Part shown: positions 43,625 to 52,102 of the stretch, one piece after another | Position numbering within the stretch: position 1 is the stretch's first letter | Layout: each line of letters starts with the position of its first letter | From: Gemmatimonadota bacterium | Lineage (GTDB): Bacteria; Gemmatimonadota; Gemmatimonadetes; Gemmatimonadales; GWC2-71-9 | Reading direction: 5' to 3' | Length of the DNA stretch: 52,102 nucleotides | NCBI GenBank assembly: GCA_039584755.1 | Contig: JBDGXD010000001.1 | Location: 1 to 52,102, forward strand | The notes under the pieces: model-generated | The model's input: the letters and a program-made list of their open reading frames with translations, nothing else | What the model was told of the DNA's origin: nothing | Database searches by the model: none | Position numbers and translations under genes: made by a program

Positions 43625-45079
43625 ATGCTTGCCACGCTCGAGGCCCTGCGCCCAATCATCATCGCAACACTCTCCGGGGTTCTCGCTGTGATCGCCTCGA
43701 CACACGCTATACTGAACAAGAGAGACGTACGTGCCGCTGTCGCCTGGGTCGGTCTCATTTGGCTGGTGCCGGTGTTGGGATCGGTGCTGTATGCGCTACT
43801 AGGGATCAACAGGATTCGCCGTAGAGCAACGGAATTGCGCAAGCTGGGCATGGACATCGCGACGGCGCGCGACACGTTCACTGAATGGAAGGTGGTAGCC
43901 GAAGAACTCACCCAGCCGCAAGCACATCTGGAAACGCTTGCACGAGTGGTCGGGCGAGTTACCGGTAGACCCTTGTTGGCCGGCAACACGCTGGTTCCGC
44001 TGGTAAATGGAGATGCCGCGTATCCGGAGATGTTGCGGGCTATCGGTTCTGCCCAGCGTTCGATAGCACTGTCTACCTACATTTTCGATCGTGGCGCGGT
44101 GGGCGCGGAGTTTGCCGCGGCGTTGGCGAGCGCGGTAGAGCGGGGAGTCGAAGTCCGAGTTCTCATCGACGCAGTCGGGGCGCGATACTCTTTTCCATCT
44201 CCTTCGATGAACAATGAGCTCAAGAAGGCGGGAATCCCGGTCGCCCGATTCATGCGATCCCTGTGGCCCTGGCGCATGCCGTTCGCCAATCTACGCTCCC
44301 ACAGAAAAGTGCTCGTAGTGGATGGAACCACCGGGTTCACCGGCGGGATGAACATCAGGGATGGTCACCTATTGGCAAAGCGCCCGAGGCGTCCGGTCCA
44401 AGATCTCCAGTTTCGGGTCGACGGCCCGGTCGTGGGGCAGTTGATGCAGGTGCTTGCGGAAGACTGGGCGTTCACAACCAAGGAAGTACTGCAGGGAGAT
44501 ATGTGGTTCCCACAGCTCGAGGAGGTCGGGCCTGTAGTTGCCCGTGGCATCTCCGATGGTCCTGGTGAAGACCTCGACAAGCTTCGTATGACGCTGCTCG
44601 GCGCCATCGCCGCGGCACGGTCAAGGATCACGATTGTGACACCCTACTTTCTGCCCGACCGTGAGCTGATTACTGCACTCAACATTGCGTCCATGAGCGG
44701 AGTACAGGTTCGGATAGTGTTGCCACTGAAGAACAATCAGCCGCTCGTGGCATGGGCTGCGATGGCGCAGTTATGGCAGGTCCTGGAACGGGGTTGCAGG
44801 GTATTTCTCGCAGCGCCTCCGTTCGATCACACCAAACTGATGATAGTAGACGAGACCTGGACTCTGGTCGGTTCTGCCAACTGGGATCCGCGCAGTCTCC
44901 GACTCAACTTCGAGTACAATCTCGAGTGTTACGACGAAGGGTTGGCAGGTGAGATGGAGCTGTTGACAGAGCAGAAGTTGAGAAGCGCGCGTGAACTGAC
45001 CAAGGCCACCGCGGATGCTCGGAGCTTTCCCGTCCAGCTGCGCGATGGAATCGCAAGGTTGTTCAGCCCGTATATCTGA
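43625..45079 (+). CDS. cls: Cardiolipin synthase (PLD superfamily)
   Basis: Two N-terminal TM helices and two HKD motifs (HRKVLVVDG...GGMNI; DHTKLMIVDE...GSANWD). ATG 43625 follows GGAG. Confidence 0.9.
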   Translation: MLATLEALRPIIIATLSGVLAVIASTHAILNKRDVRAAVAWVGLIWLVPVLGSVLYALLGINRIRRRATELRKLGMDIATARDTFTEWKVVAEELTQPQAHLETLARVVGRVTGRPLLAGNTLVPLVNGDAAYPEMLRAIGSAQRSIALSTYIFDRGAVGAEFAAALASAVERGVEVRVLIDAVGARYSFPSPSMNNELKKAGIPVARFMRSLWPWRMPFANLRSHRKVLVVDGTTGFTGGMNIRDGHLLAKRPRRPVQDLQFRVDGPVVGQLMQVLAEDWAFTTKEVLQGDMWFPQLEEVGPVVARGISDGPGEDLDKLRMTLLGAIAAARSRITIVTPYFLPDRELITALNIASMSGVQVRIVLPLKNNQPLVAWAAMAQLWQVLERGCRVFLAAPPFDHTKLMIVDETWTLVGSANWDPRSLRLNFEYNLECYDEGLAGEMELLTEQKLRSARELTKATADARSFPVQLRDGIARLFSPYI

Positions 45080-45106
45080 TTTCCCAGCCACCCAACCCGA
45101 TCCCGA

Positions 45107-45229
45107 CTAGGAGGGGAAGGAGGGCCGCGGATTGACGCCGAAACTGGCAGATCAACGCGGATCAACTCTGTACTCTGCACCCTGTACTCTGCACCCTGTA
45201 CCCTGTACTCTGTACTCTGTACTCTGTAC
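45107..45229 (+). repeat. Composite intergenic repeat, copy B: conserved module plus a 9-unit YCTG(T/C)AC heptamer array
   Basis: CTAGGAGGGGAAGGAGGGCCGCGGATTGACGCCGAAACTGGCAGATCAACGCGGATCAAC is followed by TCTGTAC TCTGCAC CCTGTAC TCTGCAC CCTGTAC CCTGTAC TCTGTAC TCTGTAC TCTGTAC (45167-45229). Confidence 0.8.
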
Positions 45230-45264
45230 CCTCTGACTGCTCCCCAGAACAATCGGGTAGGTGC

Positions 45265-45945
45265 ATGACAAGACCAGAGTTCCTTCCGTTGGATTTCGTG
45301 CGTCGCGACGAACCCGAAATGGTTGCACGAGCGCAGGAATTCCACGACTTGATGCGACGCCGCAGATCGGTGCGTTCTCTTTCCCCGGAGCCGATCCCAA
45401 GAGAGTGCATCGAGTATGCCGTGAGCACCGCTGCGAGCGCACCGTCCGGAGCCAACCGGCAACCGTGGCGTTTTGTGATCGTCGACGATCCTCGATTGAG
45501 ACGTAAGGTCCGCGAAGCTGCTGAGGCCGAGGAACGGGAGAACTACGAACACCGTTTCCCGGATGACTGGCTTGAAGCGCTTGCGATCCTCGGGACGGAC
45601 TGGCGCAAGCCGTTCCTCGAGGAGGCGCCGTTTCTAGTGGTGGTCTTCAAGGAATCGTATGGCTTGAATGAGAGCGGGCAGAAGGTGACGAACTATTATG
45701 TAAACGAGAGTGTGGGTATTGCCTGCGGCATGTTTATCGCTGCGCTTCACAACATGGGTTTGGCGACGCTCACACACACTCCCAGTCCCATGGGCTTCCT
45801 TTCCCGCTTGCTCAAACGTCCCCCAAACGAAAAACCATATATTCTTTTCCCCGTAGGCTATCCGGCTGCTGAGGCCACCGTGCCAGACCTGACCCGCAAA
45901 GCTATTGAGGACGTCGTGCAATGGAACGAAGGCAACGGCAACTAG
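45265..45945 (+). CDS. Nitroreductase-superfamily flavoprotein, iodotyrosine-deiodinase-like subgroup
   Basis: RRSVRSLSPEPIP, SAPSGANRQPWRFVIV, and the lid-like insert EAEERENYEHRFPDDWLEAL typical of the IYD/BluB-like clade. Confidence 0.8.
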   Translation: MTRPEFLPLDFVRRDEPEMVARAQEFHDLMRRRRSVRSLSPEPIPRECIEYAVSTAASAPSGANRQPWRFVIVDDPRLRRKVREAAEAEERENYEHRFPDDWLEALAILGTDWRKPFLEEAPFLVVVFKESYGLNESGQKVTNYYVNESVGIACGMFIAALHNMGLATLTHTPSPMGFLSRLLKRPPNEKPYILFPVGYPAAEATVPDLTRKAIEDVVQWNEGNGN

Positions 45946-46418
45946 TAGTACCTGCCCTGGCAGCACTGGTCGTGGGCTGCGCCGCTTCAGACGAAACTGA
46001 CTACGGAAGCAAGTCGGAGCGAGCGGCGGTGCTCGACGTTATTGAGACGTATTATGACGATTTCAGTGCCCGTGATTGGCTGGCTTATGCCGAGCATTTT
46101 TGGCCGGGTGCTGACATCACTACGGTTTGGCGGCCACCGGGTGAAACGTCGGATCGTGTGATTCCCACAACCATCGAGGACTTCGTTGCGCAGTCCCCGG
46201 CCGGTCCCGGAAGTAAGCCGGTCTTTGAGGAGCGCCCGCTGGCTGCCGAGATCCGGGTGTTTGACAACCTCGCGCAGGCTTGGGTGCGTTACGGTGCACG
46301 GTTTGGTGATACTGACAGCATCCAATACTGGGAGGGAATCGATGCATTTACCCTGCTTTACCATGATGGCGTGTGGAGAATCACCTCCCTTGCTTTTACA
46401 AACGAGAGCAATGAATAG
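45921..46418 (+). CDS. NTF2-like (SnoaL/DUF4440-type) lipoprotein
   Basis: Lipobox ALVVGC and NTF2-like pattern (VIETYYDDFSARDW...AWVRYGARF...DAFTLLYHDGVWRITS). It overlaps the upstream gene by 25 nt. Confidence 0.7.
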   Translation: MERRQRQLVVPALAALVVGCAASDETDYGSKSERAAVLDVIETYYDDFSARDWLAYAEHFWPGADITTVWRPPGETSDRVIPTTIEDFVAQSPAGPGSKPVFEERPLAAEIRVFDNLAQAWVRYGARFGDTDSIQYWEGIDAFTLLYHDGVWRITSLAFTNESNE

Positions 46419-46427
46419 AGGGCTAGA

Positions 46428-46910
46428 ATGCTGGGTGGCATAAAATCGTTCTTCAACCGAAACATCGAGCTGCCGCAGCAACCGGCATCGAAAGAAGACG
46501 ACAACAAGTCGGATGTCTCGTACGAGCCAATCCATGTGGCAGCGTGTGCTCTACTGCTGGAGCTTGCGCATGCTGACGATGAGTTTGCCGCGGAAGAACG
46601 CGTGCACATCGAGGAGGCTTTGGTGCGTCACTTCGAGCTCGACCCCGCGACCAGTGCAGAGCTCATCGAATTGGCTGATCAGGAGCGGAGACGGTCGGTT
46701 GACCTGTATCAGTTCACCCGGCTCATCGCAGATGCTTATGATATCGGGCAGAAGATGGTGCTGGTTGAGGTGATGTGGCGCGTCGTGTTCGCAGATGGTG
46801 AGTTGGCCAAGCACGAGAGCTATCTGATGCGAAAGATCTCCAACCTACTGGGTCTCAAGCCCGGTTACCTGGCGGAAGCGCGCAAGAAGGTGACCGGAAC
46901 CGGAGCATGA
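46428..46910 (+). CDS. TerB-family (tellurite-resistance-like) protein
   Basis: VAACALLLELAHADDEFAAEE...LVEVMWRVVFADGELAKHESYLMRKISNLLGL is the typical TerB/COG4103 pattern. Confidence 0.8.
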   Translation: MLGGIKSFFNRNIELPQQPASKEDDNKSDVSYEPIHVAACALLLELAHADDEFAAEERVHIEEALVRHFELDPATSAELIELADQERRRSVDLYQFTRLIADAYDIGQKMVLVEVMWRVVFADGELAKHESYLMRKISNLLGLKPGYLAEARKKVTGTGA

Positions 46911-48295
46911 CGGCATTGATGGGCGATCTTCGGGACAGGTTGATCGATCATATCAGGAGCGAACACCTGTTCCCACGACCCGGATTGGCATTGCTGGCCG
47001 TGAGCGGAGGCTCGGATTCGGTGGCCCTGCTGGATTTGATGGCGTCGGTTACCTCAGAACTAGATCTGGATCTGGCTGTGGCGCACGTCGACCACGGTAT
47101 CTCGGCAGACGCCAGCGCTGCCGAGCCACATGTTTCTGAGCTGGCTCGGCGCTACTCTCTTCCCTTTCATGTCGCGACACTACAGCTGGGTGCAACCGCC
47201 TCCGAGACACTGGCGCGTGAGGAGCGCTACCGCGCTTTGCGCAACATCCAGGAGAAGACGGCCGCTAGATACCTCGTTACTGCCCATCAGGCCGACGACC
47301 AGGCAGAGACGGTGTTATACCGCCTCCTGAAGGGAACGGGAGTGTTTGGATTGGCCGGGATTCCTCAGCGTGGGTCCAGCGGTCTGGTGCGGCCCCTACT
47401 CCCTTTCACTGGAACGGAACTGGCAGCATGGTTGGAGCACCGGTTCCCTGATCCAGAGAACCGGCCAGTCCTGTTTGCGGATCCGGCGAACATGGACGAA
47501 CGCCACGATCGCGCCTGGCTGCGTCATGCTGTCATGCCGCTGCTGGAAGCTCGGCTCGGCAGCGATTTGGAAGCGAAACTCGCTCGCACCGCTGCCGACG
47601 CGGTTGCAGATCGCCGGGCGTGGGCGACACTGCTCAGGACCCTGCAGCCCCTCGAGTTCCGCCAACAGCAAGGTATGGTTGAGGTTGCTCGTGCTCCGCT
47701 GGAACGGTATGATAAGACATTGTCGGAAATGCTCTTGCGCGCTCTGGCCCGGGAGTTGAAGTGTGTCCTGGGGCCGCAGCGCGCCGCACGTCTTCGTGAG
47801 TTTGTAACGAGCAGTGATAGCGGGCGCCGTTTCGAACTCGGTGCGGGTTGGGAGGCCGAGTTGGCCTTCGGACACTTACGGATTCTCAGGGTTGATCGCG
47901 AGAAGCCGGAGGCAGGCCGGTTTCGGGCTATGCCATGGGGGCAGGGACGACGCGGGTGTACCCGGTGGGAGGACTGGGAGTTTGAGTGGTCCACCCAGCC
48001 GGCGGAAGAAACTCGACGCAATGTGCTAACCACGTGGGTGACGCCGGGCCCTGGGGAGATCCGGGTGCCTCAGGCCGGTGACAGGATGGTTCCATTGGGA
48101 GGTGTCGGTCATCGCAAGGTCCGCCGGATCATGATGGAAGCCAGGGTGCCTGCGCGCGACAGACAGGAGTACCCCGTGGTTGTGAGAGGTGACGACGTTA
48201 TCTGGATTCCAGGCATCTGCCGATCTGCAGAGGCAGTGCCGCAGGTAGGGGAGCTAGCGGTTAGGCTGGATGCACGAGAAACAAAGCGTCGTTAG
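46907..48295 (+). CDS. tilS: tRNA(Ile)-lysidine synthetase
   Basis: PP-loop LAVSGGSDSVAL, HVDHG and AHQADDQAETVL motifs plus a TilS C-terminal domain. ATGA overlap with the terB-like gene. Confidence 0.9.
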   Translation: MTALMGDLRDRLIDHIRSEHLFPRPGLALLAVSGGSDSVALLDLMASVTSELDLDLAVAHVDHGISADASAAEPHVSELARRYSLPFHVATLQLGATASETLAREERYRALRNIQEKTAARYLVTAHQADDQAETVLYRLLKGTGVFGLAGIPQRGSSGLVRPLLPFTGTELAAWLEHRFPDPENRPVLFADPANMDERHDRAWLRHAVMPLLEARLGSDLEAKLARTAADAVADRRAWATLLRTLQPLEFRQQQGMVEVARAPLERYDKTLSEMLLRALARELKCVLGPQRAARLREFVTSSDSGRRFELGAGWEAELAFGHLRILRVDREKPEAGRFRAMPWGQGRRGCTRWEDWEFEWSTQPAEETRRNVLTTWVTPGPGEIRVPQAGDRMVPLGGVGHRKVRRIMMEARVPARDRQEYPVVVRGDDVIWIPGICRSAEAVPQVGELAVRLDARETKRR

Positions 48296-48827
48296 TGCCG
48301 GTCCAGAGATCGTCTTGGACGAGATCGTCTTCGATGCTGAGACGATCAGCAGGCGGGTTATGGAACTCGGAGGGGAGATTGGGGAATACTATCCTTTGGG
48401 AGAGTTACTCCTGATCGGGTTGTTGAAGGGCGGTTTCATGTTCCTTGCCGATTTGGCACGTGCCATCAAGCGGCCGCACAAACTCGATTTTGTCGCGGCG
48501 GCGTCGTACGGTTCGAACAAGGAGTCCAGTGGTCAGGTTCGATTGTTGTACGATCCTGAAACCGATGTAGCCGGGAAGCACGTTCTGTTGGTAGAAGACA
48601 TAGTGGACTCTGGTACCACACTGAACCGGTTGGTCCACATCTTTGGGAATAGGAAGCCTGCTAGTCTCGAAATCTGCACGCTGTTGCACAAGCGGATGGC
48701 TAATGGATTTGTGGTTGAGCCACGTTTTGTAGGATTCGATGCGCCAGCAAAATTTTTGGTGGGTTACGGACTCGATTTCGCTGAGGAATGCCGTCACCTG
48801 CCGTACATCGCAAGTCTGAAGGAGTAG
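48270..48827 (+). CDS. hpt: Hypoxanthine phosphoribosyltransferase
   Basis: PRPP-binding motif VLLVEDIVDSGTTL and C-terminal FVVGYGLDFAEECRHLPYI. It overlaps tilS by 26 nt if ATG 48270 is used. Confidence 0.9.
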   Translation: MHEKQSVVSAGPEIVLDEIVFDAETISRRVMELGGEIGEYYPLGELLLIGLLKGGFMFLADLARAIKRPHKLDFVAAASYGSNKESSGQVRLLYDPETDVAGKHVLLVEDIVDSGTTLNRLVHIFGNRKPASLEICTLLHKRMANGFVVEPRFVGFDAPAKFLVGYGLDFAEECRHLPYIASLKE

Positions 48828-48828
48828 G

Positions 48829-50817
48829 ATGGCCGAACGATTGCCGCCCAAGAAGCTGGGATTGGGGCTCATGAGCAAGAACCTGATGTTCTGGGTGCTC
48901 ATTATCCTCGTGTCCCTTGTCATGTACCAGATGATTGGCTCGAGACGTGACGAGTACTTCGAGCTCAGCTACTCGAAGTTCAGCCAGGAGCTGGAGCGTA
49001 ACAACGTCGCTGAAGTCGAAGTCGAGAGTGGCAAGTTTGCCAGGGGCACATTCAAGCAATCCGTGTCTGATGGTGAGGGCAACGACGTCACGAAGTTCAA
49101 GAGCACGCTGCCGATAAAGGACTCCGAGGCGTTCATCGGAAGACTCGAGCAAAAGGGCGTCCTCATCAGTGGCAAGGAACCCAAACCTGGGTTCGGATCG
49201 ATCTTCATAAACCTCCTTCCCTGGGTGATCCTGATCGGTCTGTGGGTCTTCTTTTTCCGACAGGTCCAACAGGGTGGGAATCGTGCCTTCTCGTTCGGCA
49301 AATCGAAAGCCAAGCTGCTAACCGGAGACACGCCCAAGGTCACGTTCCAGGATGTGGCCGGAGCGGAGGAGGCCAAGGTCGAACTCGAGGAGATAATCGA
49401 GTTTCTCAAGGACCCGCAAAAGTTCCAACGGCTGGGCGGACGATTGCCAAAGGGTGTCTTACTGGTTGGCGCTCCCGGAACGGGCAAGACGCTGCTGGCA
49501 AGAGCCGTAGCTGGTGAGGCCGGACGTCCGTTCTTCTCGATGTCCGGCTCCGATTTCGTGGAGATGTTTGTTGGAGTCGGAGCTTCCAGAGTGCGTGATC
49601 TCTTTGAACAAGGGAAGGCACACGCTCCCTGTATCATCTTCATCGATGAGATCGATGCAGTTGGCCGTCATCGGGGTGCTGGCCTCGGAGGTGGTCATGA
49701 CGAGCGAGAGCAGACGCTCAATCAACTTCTGGTCGAGATGGATGGATTCGAGTCGAACGAGGGTGTGATTCTGCTTGCTGCCACCAACCGGCCCGACGTT
49801 CTCGACCCGGCACTCCTGAGACCAGGCCGGTTCGATCGGCAGGTTGTGGTGGACGTGCCGGACGTACGTGGCCGAGAGATGATTCTCAAGGTGCACGTGC
49901 GCAAGATTCCCTTGGCCGGTGACGTCAATCTCGCTGTAATCGCGAAAGCGACTCCGGGATTGGCCGGAGCCGACCTGGCCAACATCGTGAACGAATCAGC
50001 GCTCCTCGCGGCCAGGCGCGATAAGCCAGCCGTGGCAATGGAGGACCTGGAGGATGCCAAAGACAAGGTCATGCTGGGCGTCGAACGCAAGAGCATGGTG
50101 GTGACCGATGAGGAGCGTGAGCTCACTGCCTACCATGAGGCAGGGCATGCGCTGGTCAGTCTACGAATCCCGGGGCTCGATCCCGTTCACAAGGTGACCA
50201 TCGTGCCAAGGGGGCGCGCCGGGGGAATAACTTTCTCGCTGCCCGAGGAAGACCGTCACTATTACAAGAAGGAGTTCATCCACGGCCGTTTGGCGATGGC
50301 CTATGGTGGTCGAGTGGCCGAGGAACTCGTGTTCGGTCCAGAAAAGGTCACTACGGGTGCGGCTCAGGATATTCAGCAGGCTACTGACATGGCCCGCGCC
50401 ATGGTCATGCAGTTCGGCATGAGCGATGTGGTAGGTCCGGTCGCCGTGGGCGATCGCGAGCACCAGATCTTTCTGGGCCGCGAGTTCGCGCAACACCGTG
50501 ATGTATCTGACAAGACGTCAGAATTGGTCGATGTAGAGATCAAGCGTATCCTCGAAGAGGCTTATGAAAGGGCTAATACGATCCTCAAAGGGGATATGCC
50601 AACCCTGCACCGAATTGCTGAAGTGCTCTTGGAACGCGAAACCATCGATCGCAACGAGATCGAGCTGCTTGCCGAGGGCAAAGAGCTGCCGCCTGCCACA
50701 CCAGATTCGACCGCTGGCACTGAGGAGTCGAATGTAACGCCATCCGATGAGAAGTCTGCGGCGTCTGAACCTGGTCCCGTACTAGGCTCTCCACCCGCCG
50801 AGCCCGCTGGGGCGTGA
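48829..50817 (+). CDS. ftsH: ATP-dependent zinc metalloprotease FtsH
   Basis: Two TM helices, Walker A GAPGTGKT, Walker [12 protein letters not shown] and zinc motif HEAGHA. Confidence 0.95.
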   Translation: MAERLPPKKLGLGLMSKNLMFWVLIILVSLVMYQMIGSRRDEYFELSYSKFSQELERNNVAEVEVESGKFARGTFKQSVSDGEGNDVTKFKSTLPIKDSEAFIGRLEQKGVLISGKEPKPGFGSIFINLLPWVILIGLWVFFFRQVQQGGNRAFSFGKSKAKLLTGDTPKVTFQDVAGAEEAKVELEEIIEFLKDPQKFQRLGGRLPKGVLLVGAPGTGKTLLARAVAGEAGRPFFSMSGSDFVEMFVGVGASRVRDLFEQGKAHAPCIIFIDEIDAVGRHRGAGLGGGHDEREQTLNQLLVEMDGFESNEGVILLAATNRPDVLDPALLRPGRFDRQVVVDVPDVRGREMILKVHVRKIPLAGDVNLAVIAKATPGLAGADLANIVNESALLAARRDKPAVAMEDLEDAKDKVMLGVERKSMVVTDEERELTAYHEAGHALVSLRIPGLDPVHKVTIVPRGRAGGITFSLPEEDRHYYKKEFIHGRLAMAYGGRVAEELVFGPEKVTTGAAQDIQQATDMARAMVMQFGMSDVVGPVAVGDREHQIFLGREFAQHRDVSDKTSELVDVEIKRILEEAYERANTILKGDMPTLHRIAEVLLERETIDRNEIELLAEGKELPPATPDSTAGTEESNVTPSDEKSAASEPGPVLGSPPAEPAGA

Positions 50818-51986
50818 ATCTCACCCTGCTCGCACCGCGCCACCCGGATACGGTCCGGGACGCGTTGGTGCGGCGGGGTATGAGTGAGTCGAAAGCCACA
50901 GCTGCAGCGCGGGGACTCGATCCGGTGGTCATCGTACTCGACGACTTGACCCAGGCCGAACTTGATGCCGCAGTAGTGGCGGCACAGCAGCAGGGCATCG
51001 AGTGCATAACCGGAGCGGACTGGACCCTCCTATCAGGCTCCACGTCCGGACTGGCGAGTCTCATGCGATCGGGTGCCGATCGGGTTCCAGCACGGATTCT
51101 CCACGAGATCGGCAGCCGCCTGCACGAAATGGTGGAGACGCCGGATCACTGGGTGACGGAGCGGGGGAGGATCGACCTGACTCATCCCGCAGTCGTTGGC
51201 ATCCTCAACGTGACACCGGACTCATTCAGCGACGGCGGCGAGTATCTCGAACCCAAGGCTGCAATCGAACGCGCAACAGAGTTGATAGCAGCCGGAGCCG
51301 ACCTGCTGGATCTCGGTGCTGAGTCCACTCGGCCGGGACGGCCGCAGCCGGTTCCAGCCGGCGAAGAGTGGCGACGCCTGGAGCCCGTTCTTACGGAATT
51401 GGTGCGCAACCACGCCGAGACCCCGGTTTCGGTCGACACGGTCAAAGCGGACACCGCCGCACGAGCCTTGGATGCGGGAGCTTGGATCATCAACGACGTT
51501 TCGGCTCTCAGGTTTGATCCGCGGATAGCAAATGTCTGTGCAGCCAGAGGTGCAGGCCTGATCTTGATGCACTCCCGGGGCTCGTTCTCGGAGATCGCCA
51601 CCTACGACCATGCGAACTACCACGACGTGACAAGTGAGACCTTGCGGGAACTCGACCGCTCAGTCGCCACGGCTGAGACCGCTGGGGTCGGCAGGGAACG
51701 GATTGTCCTGGATCCGGGGCTTGGCTTTGCGAAACGGCCCGATCACAATTATGAGATATTGAAGCGAGTGAGTGCTCTTACATCCCATGGCTTCCCAGTT
51801 ATGATCGGTCCGTCACGCAAGCGATTCCTGGGAACGGTAACTGGCAAAGACGCGGCCGAGCGCGATGCTGCTACCGCGGCGGTTTGTGCTGCGGCTTTCA
51901 CTCAAGGAGTGAGACTTTTCCGAGTGCATGAGGTCGGGTTGGTTCGCGAGGTCATGGACATAGTGGGCGCAATCGAGGAAGCCTGA
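50814..51986 (+). CDS. folP: Dihydropteroate synthase with an in-frame N-terminal extension of about 105 aa
   Basis: DHPS core from VVGILNVTPDSFSDGG through DPGLGFAK and SRKRFLG. GTG 50814 overlaps the ftsH stop. The alternative core-only start is ATG 51129. Confidence 0.88.
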   Translation: MNLTLLAPRHPDTVRDALVRRGMSESKATAAARGLDPVVIVLDDLTQAELDAAVVAAQQQGIECITGADWTLLSGSTSGLASLMRSGADRVPARILHEIGSRLHEMVETPDHWVTERGRIDLTHPAVVGILNVTPDSFSDGGEYLEPKAAIERATELIAAGADLLDLGAESTRPGRPQPVPAGEEWRRLEPVLTELVRNHAETPVSVDTVKADTAARALDAGAWIINDVSALRFDPRIANVCAARGAGLILMHSRGSFSEIATYDHANYHDVTSETLRELDRSVATAETAGVGRERIVLDPGLGFAKRPDHNYEILKRVSALTSHGFPVMIGPSRKRFLGTVTGKDAAERDAATAAVCAAAFTQGVRLFRVHEVGLVREVMDIVGAIEEA

Positions 51987-52102
51987 TGCTTTTGGAGCGT
52001 TTCCCGTTTTTGGTCCCCGATCTGAGGGACCTGATCGAGATCCTCCTCGTCGCGTTGGTGTTTTACCGTCTCCTCTTGTTCCTTGCCGGCACCAGAGCAC
52101 TG
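51986..52102 (+). CDS. cdaA: Diadenylate cyclase CdaA, N-terminal fragment (runs off the window end)
   Basis: MLLERFPFLVPDLRDLIEILLVALVFYRLLLFLAGTRAL matches the CdaA N-terminal membrane region. TGATG overlap with folP, and the position after folP is a common arrangement. Confidence 0.7.
   Translation, partial: MLLERFPFLVPDLRDLIEILLVALVFYRLLLFLAGTRAL

Noticed and set aside
44929-45552. Minus-strand ORFs translating as YRVQSTE/YRVQGAE repeats (also 45152-45442 and 45162-45455)
   Set aside because: They are artefacts of reading through the 7-nt tandem array. All three frames are open because of the repeat, and they overlap cls and the nitroreductase gene.

Overview
High-GC (roughly 60% by eye) bacterial chromosomal window, densely coding on both strands. 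I found no rRNA, tRNA, CRISPR array, transposase or integrase. The gene content and the tilS-hpt-ftsH-folP-cdaA block suggest a Gemmatimonadota or FCB-like environmental genome, but that guess is low confidence.

Recognisable genes:
- Core functions: a probable MetRS 3' end, greA, acyl-CoA dehydrogenase, type I-beta DAHP synthase, an SRAP/YedK peptidase, cardiolipin synthase, tilS, hpt, ftsH, folP and a partial cdaA.
- Envelope, secreted and peptide metabolism: two gamma-glutamyltransferase paralogs, M28, C45 and zinicin-like peptidases, an esterase, two tandem FGE/SUMF1-like lipoproteins, an OmpA-domain protein, two beta-barrel OMPs, PspC, TM2 and HdeD proteins, and a hybrid PAS/GAF histidine kinase.

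I did not recognise a clear novel multi-gene system such as a defence island. The most notable observations are:
1. An AmgK-like MurNAc/GlcNAc kinase is fused to a RapZ C-terminal-type domain and coupled to murU.
2. A composite intergenic repeat (a conserved module of about 60 nt plus a CTG(C/T)AC heptanucleotide microsatellite) occurs twice, with degenerate traces elsewhere.
3. Each of the two GGT paralogs lies next to a gene for an (E/D)RR-repeat, arginine-rich protein.
4. A small cluster holds a TYW3-like-motif protein, a response-regulator remnant and two tandem paralogous CxxC zinc-ribbon proteins.
5. An ATP-grasp ligase gene overlaps the gene of a secreted lectin/lyase-like protein.

Many long ORFs in the supplied track are antisense shadows typical of high-GC DNA, and I rejected them.
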